A stretch of DNA of 64,000 nucleotides. Source: the human T2T-CHM13v2.0 reference genome, Homo sapiens. The notes beneath the pieces are model-generated. The model was not told where the DNA came from. It worked only from the letters and a program-made list of their open reading frames with translations, and did not search any database. A program made the position numbers and the translations under genes. The first letter of the stretch is position 1. Each line of letters opens with the position of its first letter. The stretch lies in the NCBI RefSeq assembly GCF_009914755.1, contig NC_060935.1; one strand, written 5' to 3'. Shown here in pieces: positions 11,446-25,468 of this stretch.

Positions 11446-13559
11446 AACCTACCATTTACATGTCTCCTAAATTTAGTACAGAAATAAAGTGCTAGTCAAG
11501 AATGTGTCTCCGTTTTGTTAGATTAATTTTTTTCCAAGTTATCCTCTTTATCAATTTTTACTTTTTGTATTATAGAAGAGTGAAAATTCTTGTATTAAAA
11601 AAACTGTAACCAGGCTATTGATAAATAACTTCCTTTAGGGATAAAAATCTCAGGAAGTTCAAGATTTATGTATTAATGATTGACGATGTTCTTAGTGGTC
11701 TCTCTTTGATTTATTTCAATTGTAAGTAATTCTTGGTGATATTCTAACATAAATTCTGACAGGTGAAGAGAATAAATAAAGTAAGTATCTCTAGGAGAAT
11801 CAATACAATAAGATTATCTTGGTTAAATGGCTAAGAAAATATGGTAAATAGACACAAAAACTGTTTCATCTTCCAAAATCAGAGTCAAATACTAAGTGAT
11901 CGTAAAGTAGCTAATTCTGTCTTTCTGCCAAAGTGAATCTGAGCTAAATTAGAAGAATGTCAGGAATAATTTTTCCTCGAAATCTAGCAACAAATAATGT
12001 AATTAAATTATGAGGCTTTGACTGTTGCATAGAGTTTTAGCATCAACAGAAAAGCTCACAAAACATAGGTGAAAATCAAAAAGGAGTGCTGGGTTGGAGC
12101 CCTAAGGTGAGTAATTTTATCATCTCAGATCACTTGGAAAAAAGCAGCGAGTCCAAAAGAAGCTGGGGATAAGCTTTCTCTCTGCTAACCCCTAATGTTC
12201 TGCATGAAATATGTGGAGGCAGAAGAGAGACAGTTTATTATAGTCTACATGGTATAGAGTGAAGGAATAAGAGAATATTTCTGATAAGTATTTTCAAAAT
12301 TTGGAGAATCATTCCTATCCAAATCATTCATTTAAGGGACTAAAATACAAATAAGATGTTTCTTGCCACATAACCCTCAGCTAGCCAGGCTCTAAAAAGG
12401 ACAACACTGGACACCCCGACAGTGGTAAAAAGCAGGGTTTACTCACTCTTGAATAACTAAGAACTGGTGCTAACCTTAGGCAGCAGCTTATCTATTTGGT
12501 TGAGGTTCAGCTTTGTTTCATTGAACAAATCTCTTGGGTTATTTTCAGTTGTGCCAGTCATTTAATTTGTTTTCTGAATCAAATGATAAGAATAAATATG
12601 GTTTAGAGTGTAAACAGCATTCCCAGATACATTACAACTTGGTGTCCCATCTGCCTAATTTTGTAGCTATAGGACGGGAACAAAAGCATTGTGAGGAACA
12701 CCAGGTGCTTTCCTTAAAGCCAAATACTCTTGTCCCTCCTACTTTTCTCCCGGCTTTCCTGCTGCATGGGACATGGCAATAAATGGGAGTTTCCTGCACA
12801 CAGAGATAAAATTCACTTGCTGAAGATGTCAGTCTTCTTCTTGACCAACTCCTATGTTGGTACAAACATGTGAGAGAAATGCACCTTCTGAATCATTTCA
12901 AATTCGTGGTCTTTGTTAGAGCACATAAGCCGGTGCGCTAGGAGATGTAGCTATTACATTCTATTATAGAATTTTCCATTCTCTATCATCTGGATTCTTA
13001 TTTGAAATGTAACCAAAGTTTGTTCTTTCTACTGCATAAGAAGGTTTATACCACTTTATGCTTAGCAAGTAATTATATGTCAGTTTAAATAAGGACAGCC
13101 TCCATTATTCTAAGTCCTGTTCCTGTTCCCCATCATCTTATATAGGAACCTTCCTCTTTCCATAGTTTATATGAAAAAACCTAAGACAATTGAAATCAAC
13201 CCTGTAAAAATTATGCTACAATTATTTTAAACCCCAACATAATAGTGTTATCTTTGATATGAATCTGAAAATCAATTTATTTCTTATCTTTTGATAGATA
13301 TTCATTAGTATGTTCTGTCCTATTTTGTTACTTATATTTTGGAAAAGTTTCTTAATGTTAGAATAGTATTTATACATGTTAACTCCTCTACTTATCCATT
13401 TACTCATCTTATTTACTGTGTAATCTATTCTAAAAATTGCATTGAATAATTGTAATATATTAGCAAAGAAGACAAATACTGCCATTGCCCCCTTGGACTT
13501 TTCAATCTGGTAGTAATAAGTATAAGAGTTTTCTTAATATTATAACCTGATATAATATA

Positions 13560-14095
13560 TTCAGAGAAGATGTAATAGCAGAGCAACCCAGCACTGAAAA
13601 ACTGTTGTATGAGCTGAAATGTGATTAATAACTAGGTTGTTGAGACATAATAAAGTCTGTGAGGTCAACCTAACTTGCTCAGACTTAAAAAGAAAAAAAG
13701 CACTCTTTTTATTCTTTGTAAGATGAGATATCCACCACTTCATTATTCTACCCCAGCCTGGTTGAAATATACGACTAAGACAAATGGTTTACAGTGTGTA
13801 CAAACTGAAAACATACTCTCTGAAAAAGAAATCAGATTAAAAAAAGAACTTACATTGTATGATTTTATTTACCTGAATGCAAAAACATAAAAAGTAGATT
13901 AAGTGCTGTCAAGGAATGGGGGAGGGTAAAAGGAGAATTAATGTTAATGTGTATTGGGATTCTTCTGGAAGTGATAAAAGTTCACAGGTAGTAGAGAGCT
14001 CTGATGGCTGCTCAAGTGTGATATACTAACAATATCTGAATTAAATACATTAGAACATGACTTTTACAGTAAATGAATGAATCTCAACAAAACTA
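13560..14095 (+). mobile_element. degenerate L1M (L1MB/ME-type) 3' fragment
   Basis: acattgtatgattttattta...aaaagtagattaagtg...gattcttctggaagtgataaaagttc is typical of an L1M 3'UTR. Confidence 0.5.
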
Positions 14096-14325
14096 GTACA
14101 AAAAAACCATTATTGATGTTCTAGTAAAGATTCCACAATAACTTATTAATTAAAATAATTTAATTAACAAAAGTACACATTCAAGGTGGTTATCCCATTC
14201 ATAACCACATAGTAATTACATTCCATGAAGTTACAATGAGCTCACAGGCTCTCGCACATAGTGTCTTAGGACAGTATTTGCCTCATATGTGGGAGGTCAC
14301 AATAAATCATCGTGAAACCAACTTT

Positions 14326-14819
14326 TCATGTACAACCAAAGCAAAAGAAAGGCCTCAGAGGGGAAGAGAAGGAGGAAGGAGGAAAACCATAGATAAGAGA
14401 ACCTTTAGAAACATCAAAAAAACTCACAGATCCATTATCATAATCCAGAAACACCCCAACCCGACCCAGAGGCCTTTGCACATACTGAATTAAAGGTGGA
14501 GAGTTGGTGGAGAGACTATAGTGATTGCTCCTCTTTGAGGAAATTAAAAAAAATCTTTCATCAGAATCAATAACGAAATTGGCATCTGCAGTCCTGGAAT
14601 CTCGACAGACTCCCAGAATCCAGTTGGAGGAGAGGGTCACATCCACCTCCCAGTAATGCTTGCCGGAGGTGAATGCTTGCGCTCCCCACACAGCAAAGCT
14701 GTCCACTCCCTGGGGATCCGTGGGAGCACTGAGATGGTCATCTCCAAATATCACATATCTCACATCCTCAGAAAGGCTTATATAGCAAGGAATCATTTCC
14801 CTGCTCAGAGCACTATCCA
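14326..14819 (-). CDS. TRIM64B: TRIM64B last coding exon (PRY/SPRY)
   Basis: WGAQAFTSGKHYWEVDV...VGVFLDYDNGSVSFF...FGCT*. Confidence 0.92.
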
Positions 14820-17800
14820 CTGACAAGAAAAAAATATTATATTAGTGAGTGTTATGAGGGACAGAGGCTCTGTGGCCCAATTATTCACTTCATTTGCTCT
14901 TCTTCCAAGAAAATACAGAAAAAAGGAAGCCAAGAGGGGTCAGCCCCATGCATCCATGAAGATGAAATGTTATTACACCTCTACAGCACATACAATTATG
15001 TATTATTCCTTAAGTAATAGAGAAAAAACGTGACCATACCACAGGGGAAATAATGATTTAATGTCTACATCTGCATAGTTTGTTTCAGGGCATATGCAAA
15101 ATGTTTTTTTTTCTTCAATAGAAAACTCTCCTTGTATTATTTGTTTTTAAGATCATCAACAGGTAGACATCAATTTGCTGTGATGTGAGTATTTATTGGA
15201 ATGTAAGTTATGCCTGTTATAGTCTCAAACATCAAAAATTTGGTAGAAATTAACACATGTAAAATTTATAAGTTTCTGAAAAGAATATTCTGGCTTTACA
15301 TTATCTGTTTAGCTCCTGATTCAATCTACTCTGGGTTCCTGCCCTCTGCTACCCAGACCTGCTCTCTAGAATGGGCCTAACATGGTTAAGCCGTGTTCAC
15401 AGATCCCTCACCTTTCACTTGTTACTAGATGTATCTGATGGCATTAGAATTGTCCTGATTATGGATATTTTAGTCATTTTCTTTGTTGATCAAAATGTTC
15501 TGATTTTGTAAATAATAAAGGTTACTTGTAGAATGCATGTAAATGCACATAGAATAGAAACAATTAAAAACCATTATGCCAAATCTAAGCCTTCAAAATT
15601 GAATTAAATTGAATAAACATGAAATACTGATGCCGCCATGAGAACTAGAGTCTTCATAACTACATGATCTGAATATTTTGTCCTCTTATTCTGCAGATAA
15701 AGTATGTATCTTGCTTTACATTTTCGTCAAACTGTAAGTCAGGAAATTGAGTTTTGATCATTGTAATATTACTATGCAGGTAGGGAAGATGCACATGTTT
15801 CGGAAAACTATGTATTACCTACATGTCAAAACTAATAAAACTTAAATGGGAAAATCCTCAACCAAGGGACCCAATAAGGAAATAATTTGAGGCTGGAATG
15901 CCAAGCAGCTGGCTCTTACCTCTGAAGTTGTTGAGCATGTCTAGGACTCCAGTTATGCACCATGAAGTGAGCTCTGGGTTCACTGGCTGGGGCTTTTGCA
16001 TCTGTGCCAAATCAGTCCTGCAAAAAAAATGGCCTCAGTTATATTTCCAGGCCCAGAGCTAATCACACAGTCATACAAAGATATCACATTTTCATATAAG
16101 ATGTTTCCTCACAATTCTGCCAGTTTTGGTTAACTGGGTGTACATTTTATTCCACACTCTAGGGGCAATAAGGATGTTACTTTTTCTAAACTTTGCTTCC
16201 ATAAAAACCCAATTTCCCCAGATACGTTATTCTCAGACATTATACAACTTCTAAAGTCATTAAAAGTCATTGCCTCCCTCTGCCCATCACACCCCTTGAG
16301 GGTATGCAGAAATCCTGGAAATATTTCAGAGAGCAGAAAACTCAGACAAAAACCTTTGGGACCTCAGCCTGCAGTTGTCACTAATGCTAGTCAGTGTCTA
16401 ACAGAGAATGTTCACTGAGACAAAAGGCTTTAATCTTTTGTGCAAAACAAAGGAGTCTAATTCCAGCCTGAGAACCCTGCTGCTGAGGGGCCCGAGGCAA
16501 CCATTTCCCTGAGGTCTTTCCTAGAACTGGGTGTATGGTGATGGAGCAGGCCCGGGTCATTGATGCTTTTAGGAGCAAAACATCCCTCCTCAGCCCATCC
16601 TTAGGGAATCTCTCTCCTCCCTCTGTCTTTTTTTTTTTTTTTTTTAACCTCCCACCCCTCTAGAGTAGAAGATGCCTCTATGATTCCTCAGAGTAATTTT
16701 GCATTAAGATCTGTGGGGTATGGTTGGTCAGGACGGATGGACTGGGAAGAACAAACTTCCGAATGGCAAATTGTTTTTATGTATGTTTTAATTCATACAA
16801 ATTTTAAGATGAAAACTTTCCAGACCAAAGAGAAGAAGACCTCAGGCCCTCTTTTGAAACAAAATTGGAAATAGCCACCGACAACGATGTTAGTACTCAA
16901 AATGATACATCCCCTTCATTCGCAAGAGAACAAACTTTTCAGAAATAGCATTTTTTTAGTGTAAACTCACCTTGCTGATACATTTCTCACATCCTGCAAA
17001 AAAATGAAAGATAATGTTAATTATGAGAGATTTTTCCTTCTGCATCTTTTCTCATACTCTTGTTTCTTTCTGTTTTAATAATGTATATCTTTTTATTTCC
17101 TGCTAAGGAATCATTCAAGACTACATTAATAATAGAACCTCAACTAAACAATAAAAAGCTTCATCAGTGGGCATTAAGAAGAAAGGAGCTCAGCAAGAGA
17201 CAGTGGAGTAAAGCAAAGATATCTAGGTTTCCAGTGTCATTAATTTCCTAATCTTACTTCCAAGGAAAGGTCTGACCACACATGACAACGATTAAAACAA
17301 AACAGAGAACCATATGAGAAACAGAGTACATGGACATTGATGAGCAGCTTTGACAAACCTTGCCCAGGCAAGGGGAAACCCCTCAATGTCTTCAGCAAAT
17401 CACTGCTGTGTGGGACATCAGAGAGAGGAGGAACTGGGGCATATAAATGGAGTATTACTAACCTTCCCCTGGCCTAGAGTTCTAACGATTTTAGATGATC
17501 TCTCTGTGTGGATAGTACTCCAAATTATATTGAAGAGAACTTTGTTATATGTTATCTGCTAAAATGGCAAAAATTTCCCAAAGATTACCAAAGTATGCAG
17601 TAATACGTGAATGGAGAAGTGTAATGGTGGAAGTCAGACAGCATGTGTCACTTAGCTTAGAGCAGTGACATACGCAGGTGATATTTGCATGTCCTGGCAG
17701 CACTGTCCAGCAAAGGCTTCCTGTCTCTGAGGATGGACCCTCCCTCCTCACCTGGAGCAGCACCACGTCAGGCATGTGGCATGTCTCCCACAGCTCTCTG

Positions 17801-19720
17801 TACATGTCTTTCATCCTTTCTAAATGTTGGGTCATTCTCACTTGACTGTCTTGTAGTTGTTGGAAAAGCTCTTCTGCTTCTCTTTCCAGTGCCTGCAGAT
17901 GCCGTTGCTCCTCCTCATCGAGAAATATAGGCATCTTTTGATATTGAATAGTGATTATCCTCTTCCTTACTGACACATAGTCCTGCAGAGATGTTTGGTT
18001 AAAAGGATTACATGTTCTCACTCTCAATAGAAAACTTCAAATAATTATATGCTGGGTGTAATCAAGCAACTTATAAACTTTCTGCCTCACTCTTGCAAGG
18101 AGTCTTGAATATTTGCTATCTTCTTCTGTCCATCTTTTTCAATGTTCCTATTCTCTCTCCCTCTTTAAATCAAACCTATATAAAGACTCCTGGTTTCTGT
18201 CACTGTGATGCTTCTTCACAGTTGTTACTGAGTCAATTGTTTCCTCTACTAATCTCTCTTTTAGGATTTTTCCATGTCTGCTTTGCCTGCATGCTAAAAA
18301 ACATTTAGCCATACACCATATTATGCAGTTTTTTTTTACTTTTACCATATTTTTACTCTATATACTATTCTATTTCTTTCGTCTTCCTCACACCCAAACT
18401 TAGTGAAATGTTGTCTCATCTGCAGTGTCTGAAAAGGTTTATACCAACCTTCAAATTTGAACTAGAATACACATCATGCCGTTTATCCAATATACTAGAA
18501 TTCATTTGGCTAGCTTGTGTGGGCTTCTCTGTTTGCAACTCCTATTACATCAATTGAAATCACTACATTTTCTTGGGATGAAATCACTATCTTGCAACGG
18601 GTAGTTTGAATTTAGCTAAAAAGTATAAGCTAACATTGTGTTTATTTGCATAAAAACAAAGAAAACATTTTCATTCTTACCTTTAACGAATGAAATGTGC
18701 TAGTTTCCTGATTTAGATTGTTTCTTGTCTCTTGATTGATTTCCCATAAATAGTCCATTTCCTTTATAAGTTTCTCCTGCAAAAGAAGCAAGAAGCTTAG
18801 CAATAATGAAGACAGTATAGTAGATTTCATACCCTTATCTTAAAAAAAAAGGCTGTAATTGAAAGAAACATAAATTAAGTTGGAGTGAAGTGGTCAGATT
18901 TTTCCAAGTTAAACACATTTGGTTCTAATAATTTGGATGTGAAAAGTGATAGAAACATAATAGAGAGTTTTAAGGGACCCTTCAGATAATATCATCAATA
19001 TTCTGAGAAACTGGCTTTCAGATAACCTGACTTTGAAAAGTGTTCTTGGTGCTGGCCACCAGCTCCACAGCTCCATTCTACACGTTTGAACAATGTTTCT
19101 AAGGAGACCTCCTTTAGTGAAGTCTCAACACAGCTATGATTAGAGTGCCAAATTAGCCAGCAACATTGAAAGGACACATTTATGTGTTATGATTGACATG
19201 GAATAATCACCACCTCCACCATCTGCATTCTCATCACCATCATTATCACAGGCCCTCATCATTCTTATTTGGGATTCTGTATAATTCAAACTGCCTTAGA
19301 GGCATCACGTACCCTGCATTCCTCAGCAGCCCATCCTATTGGGCTGTGGCTGTGAGCCATGTGCTCTGGTGACTCAGAGCAGGGCCCACAGAGCAATCTC
19401 TTGTCAGCCTCACAGAAGAGCTCCTTAGTCTCCGCATGGAGCACACAGATATTGTCTGAGCTGTTGATGTTCTGAGGTCTGGTCTGTCTGGCTAGGGAAG
19501 ACAGCTTTTTGAGTACCAGATTGGTGTTGAAGTTGGGCTTCTCTGAGGTTTTTCTGCACGAAGGGCAGCGCATTGGTGCTCTGCCTTCTTCTGAGCAGAG
19601 GCAGAGGCAGGGCCTGCAAAAGCTGTGCCCACAGTCAATGGTGACCGGATCTATGAAGTAGTTCACGCAAATGCAGCAAATGAGCTCATTCTGGAAGACT
19701 TGCAGGTCGTCTGAATCCAT
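14326..19720 (-). CDS. TRIM64B: Tripartite motif protein TRIM64B/TRIM64 (RING, B-box2, coiled coil, PRY/SPRY), 449 aa, intact, 6 coding exons
   Basis: Coding exons 19720-19313 (408), 18776-18681 (96), 17982-17752 (231), 16993-16971 (23), 16017-15920 (98) and 14819-14326 (494) total 1350 nt. All junctions are GT-AG, there is no internal stop, and RING and B-box ligands are intact (MDSDDLQVFQNELICCIC...PFFCFGCT*). Confidence 0.9.
15920..16017 (-). CDS. TRIM64B: TRIM64B coding exon 5 (98 nt)
   Basis: [32 protein letters not shown]|gtaaga. Confidence 0.9.
16971..16993 (-). CDS. TRIM64B: TRIM64B coding exon 4 (23 nt)
   Basis: cag|GATGTGAGAAATGTATCAGCAAG|gtgagt. Confidence 0.88.
17752..17982 (-). 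CDS. TRIM64B: TRIM64B coding exon 3 (231 nt, coiled coil)
   Basis: DYVSVRKRIIT...PDVVLLQ|gtgagg. Confidence 0.9.
18681..18776 (-). CDS. TRIM64B: TRIM64B coding exon 2 (96 nt)
   Basis: EKLIKEMDYLWEINQETRNNLNQETSTFHSLK, AG/GT bounded. Confidence 0.9.
19313..19720 (-). CDS. TRIM64B: TRIM64B coding exon 1 (RING + B-box)
   Basis: ttccag|aaacATG acceptor; ends EECR|gtacgt. Confidence 0.9.
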
Positions 19721-19924
19721 GTTTCTGGAAATTAAAAAAAAAAAAAGTGAGAACTTCTTTCTCTTATTTTTATTTACCCCGATGAAAAGGAAAAAAAGGC
19801 CGGTGGACAATTTTCCTTGTCTACTTGAGCTCTGTCCAGCATGTCTAATAAGTTAGCTCCAGCACAAACTGAGACATAGTAAATTCATACATGCTGGATT
19901 TATAAAGTTTTCCCTCAATAGCCA

Positions 19925-20540
<616 letters not shown>

Positions 20541-21194
20541 AACAACCGTGATGCAAATGAGAAAATGAGACAACAGTCCTCATGGCATTTTTGTTAAACA
20601 AGCCGTGCTCTCAGTCATTCCCAGTTACCTAGACAAGCTTAAAGCCTGGGTGGAGGGTAAAAGCTGGGATGATTTCTGAGTCACTTATGTAAGCTAATTA
20701 ACGAAGAAGCACATTCTGAATGTCATCCTGTTTCTGTCATTCTATCTCTCTCAATAATTCCATGATGATAATATATGAAAGACACTTAGTATCTATGGTA
20801 TTATTCTATACTCCCTGCCTCCAAACTCACCTATGAAGTTTGCTCAGACAATTATAAATAAAGTAGCTTTTATCTAAGATTGAGTAATCACAGTGGACTG
20901 TCAACTCCTAAAATTATCAACCATTAAATTTGTCCTTTTAACTTTAATATCAAAACTCTTCCTTTCAATACATTAAATGTAAATAATATCTATTATTTTT
21001 AATTAGGAAAGTTTTTTCCCATTGTCAATTCTGATGATTAGAGAGAACACTTTCACATTCTGAAATAGCCAATATTTCAACTATAATTAACAAGAATTAA
21101 TCAACAACTAATTATCTTCTAAAATAACAAAAAAAAAGTGAAGATATGTATTAGGTTTTCCACTCTACACTAGAAAATCCAGAAATGCAGTTAA

Positions 21195-21623
<429 letters not shown>

Positions 21624-22074
21624 GATTAAATCTATTTTCAACAGCTTTCAGATCTAGTCTGCAAATTGCAAATTTTGAAGAGACAGCAAATAAGACCTTT
21701 GCAACAAGAATTTTCAAAGTAATTCAACATTTTTAACGTTCGCTTTGGCTTACGTTATAACCACTACTACATGCCCACATTCTGGTGAACATTTTAGGTA
21801 TTTTATGGGTTCTATCATTGCATGAAACTATGGAAATATATCTTTTCACACTTAAGAAAAATCTAACAATACAGAAAACAGTCACATAGTCAAATAGCAA
21901 GGGAACACAAACCATATCTTACAAATTGAAGATACTTTATATTGATTTTCTGTAAAATCACTAAGACAGTCATTTGTTTGCTTAGAAAAGACCCAAGCAT
22001 GCTGCCAGGTAAATTTAAAGCATGTTTAAGAGTAAAAGTGAGCATGATGGTTTTGCTGCACACTGTATACTCAC

Positions 22075-22310
22075 AAGGCTACTATGAATGGTCTCAGTCT
22101 AGAAACTCTGTAGATATCCAGATTAGAAGTCACTCCTGGCTCTTCAAAGCCCAGCAGCCACAAATCCAGTGGGTCCTCACTGAAGGAGAGAGAAATCTCT
22201 GGACAAGCATCCTTTTAAAGTGTATGGGCCCACGAAAGACCACACCCACTTCCTGAGGTTGATTAGATTGCGTAGAAAGGGGTAAATTGGCTGATTAGGT
22301 TTATAAAGTA
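22075..22310 (-). promoter_or_regulatory. putative TRIM64B promoter and non-coding first exon
   Basis: Minus strand: two DUX4-like motifs (22260-22270, 22292-22302), CCAAT at 22286-22290, an ETS-type CACTTCCTG, TATA-like TTTAAAAG near 22212-22219, and a TT|GTGAGT donor at 22075/22074. The ATG exon starts at a splice acceptor, so an upstream exon must exist. Confidence 0.5.
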
Positions 22311-22314
22311 TTGA

Positions 22315-22824
<510 letters not shown>

Positions 22825-23161
22825 TTAAGTGCCTAGCCGTTATTTGTCTGAATATGTTCAAAGATAAAACATTAACTGGGATTACCAACATATCTGTGCT
22901 GTGTCACTCTCTTGTTTAAAAAAGTATAACAAGGAACTCAATTGTGTTTCACAAAATTGTATATATAATGGTTGATATAATTAGCTGTATCGGCCTGTTT
23001 AACTTATTTTTACTATTTTATGACTATTTCCTAATGATGGATTTATATGAAAATAAAATCTGTTTTTTATTTATCCACCCTTTTCAATAATTTTAAAACT
23101 GAAACTTTACATATATATGTACATAACTATCTATAACAATGTTACGTATTCATATTTTTAA

Positions 23162-23509
<348 letters not shown>

Positions 23510-24289
23510 TAATTATGTGCATAATTATCTTTAATGGTGCCTGAAAGTTATTTTTAACATGGTTGCCATACTAACCGATTTTGTTGTCGTTTACCATGAT
23601 TTAATAAATCACCAATGTTTATACATAGTTGTATTCATAAATTATCTAATGTTTGGGGAGTTAGGTCATTTCTGTAAACTTAAAATTAACAAACCTTGCT
23701 AGAAGTTGAAAAAGTAAAAATCTATATAAAGTCACCATTTGCAGATTAATAGACATTTAAAAAATTATAAAATTCATAAAAGCCAGCATATCCTAGAAAA
23801 AGATGAAGTGGCTGTCTTTTTAATCAGTCCATGGCATTGCAAATTAGTATGTTTTCTGAAGTGTCATTTGATCAGCATTATGCTTCAAAAAATATATCCA
23901 ATAAAGATAAGAAAAGGTAATCATAGATATATATATATATGCAGACTTTTCCACAAACGTTATTCTTTGAAAACAGATTCAAACACTTCTTAAAATGTTG
24001 CATATTATCTACTAAGTGTAGAGAAGAAAGACTTTCTGGTATTCTCACTTCTCAGTAAAAATTCAATTCTACATTTTGTAGACTGCCCCGTATTAGACAG
24101 AAACAAACAATAAGCAACTTATGAGATGCATATAAAAGAATAAAAAATAGTTGCAAATTTTAGTGCTGGAAGCTGAAAAAGTTATTATCTATTTTACTAC
24201 AACTGTGTTATCATGCAGGATAGGTAAGAGAGAAAAAGTAGTATTTCCTTACCTAACTAAAAAATACTCTGTCATTCAAGTGAAAATAT

Positions 24290-24520
24290 CAGACATTTAT
24301 TGATTACCAATTCTATGCTAAAAACTGTTCTAAGTGCTTCACATGTTCTAGCTTACTTAATTGTTACAGCAACCCCATAAGATAAATAATATTTTATACT
24401 CATTTAAAGATTAAGAAACGTAAGAACAGGAAGCTTTAATAATTTGCCCATAGGCATACTCTAATTAAGTAGGAGAACTAGGGTTTGAAACCAGGCAGTC
24501 TGTCTCTGAAAACTGTCTTC
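24290..24520. mobile_element. MIR fragment
   Basis: attttatactcatttaaagattaagaaac...tttgcccata...gggtttgaaaccaggcagtct is the MIR core. Confidence 0.6.
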
Positions 24521-24924
24521 CTTTCAGTGACGTTAAATATGTTGCCAAAGTATGTTCCTAAGCCACCAAATTACATACAATATTTTGGGGGGATGCTTCT
24601 TGCATGCTGGCCGAATTGATTGAACGTTGACAAAGCTTTCAAGTATTGTGCAGGTTTTGGTCCACTTTTTTGAATAGTAATATGTACACTGTCCTACATC
24701 TACCATACTGTCCAACTCTCTATCAATGACATCACAAAAAGCCTGTGAGCATGCTCAGCCAAACCCCATAACAAAGGCATTGTGGAAATCCTAGTGTGCA
24801 GCGCAGCTCTTCTTTTCAAAGCACAGAATGTCTCAGAGGGTCTCTTATGTGCGCTACTCTGATCACTCACAAAACAAGTGTCTGCTATGGACTCTCCTTA
24901 CTGGTAGAGATTGGAGCCAAAATT

Positions 24925-24998
24925 GTAACAAACCTGCACGTTCTGCACATGTATCCCAAAAATTAAAGTAAAATGTTTAAAAAAAGTGTAAAAAAAAC
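24925..24998 (+). mobile_element. L1PA extreme 3' end
   Basis: gtaacaaacctgcacgttctgcacatgtatccc...taaagtaaaa followed by an A tail. Confidence 0.85.
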
Positions 24999-25176
24999 CA
25001 AGACTAAGTCCTTAAGGAGCTCATGGTCTAGCAGTTGATACAAAGGAAGGGACAGTCATCCTAAAAGTCTTCCTAAGAGAAATGACACCTAAGCTGAAAC
25101 CCAAAGGATGCGGGTAGTCTTATCTTTTCTGATAGTAAAGTCTAAGTGACAGCAGTTGTCATGAGAAAAGATTTTG

Positions 25177-25468
25177 GGGCCTGGCATGGTGGCTCATGCC
25201 TGTAATCCCAGCACTTTGGGAGGCCTAGGTGGCTTGACCGGTCAAGCTGAGAAGTTCGACACCAGGCTAGGCAACATGGTGAAACTCCATCTCCACAAAA
25301 AATACAAAAATTAGACAGGCATGAGGGTGCACACCTGTAATCTCAGCTAAGTCTTAGGCTGGACGATTGCCTCAGCCCAGGAGGCAGAGTTTGCATTGAG
25401 CAGGGATTGTGCCACTGACTCTAGTCTGGGTGACAGAGTGAGACCCTGTCTCACACACACACACACAA
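25177..25468 (+). mobile_element. Alu (J-like) with (CA)n tail
   Basis: Dimeric Alu ending gaccctgtctcacacacac. Confidence 0.9.

Noticed and set aside
12170-13200. Possible decayed gene fragment between the ANKRD33B retrocopy and TRIM64B
   Set aside because: No recognisable peptide or exon structure.
19721-19810. N-terminal ORF extensions upstream of the TRIM ATGs (also 61653-61763, 56034-56142, 6020-6053)
   Set aside because: Intronic read-through upstream of clear splice acceptors.
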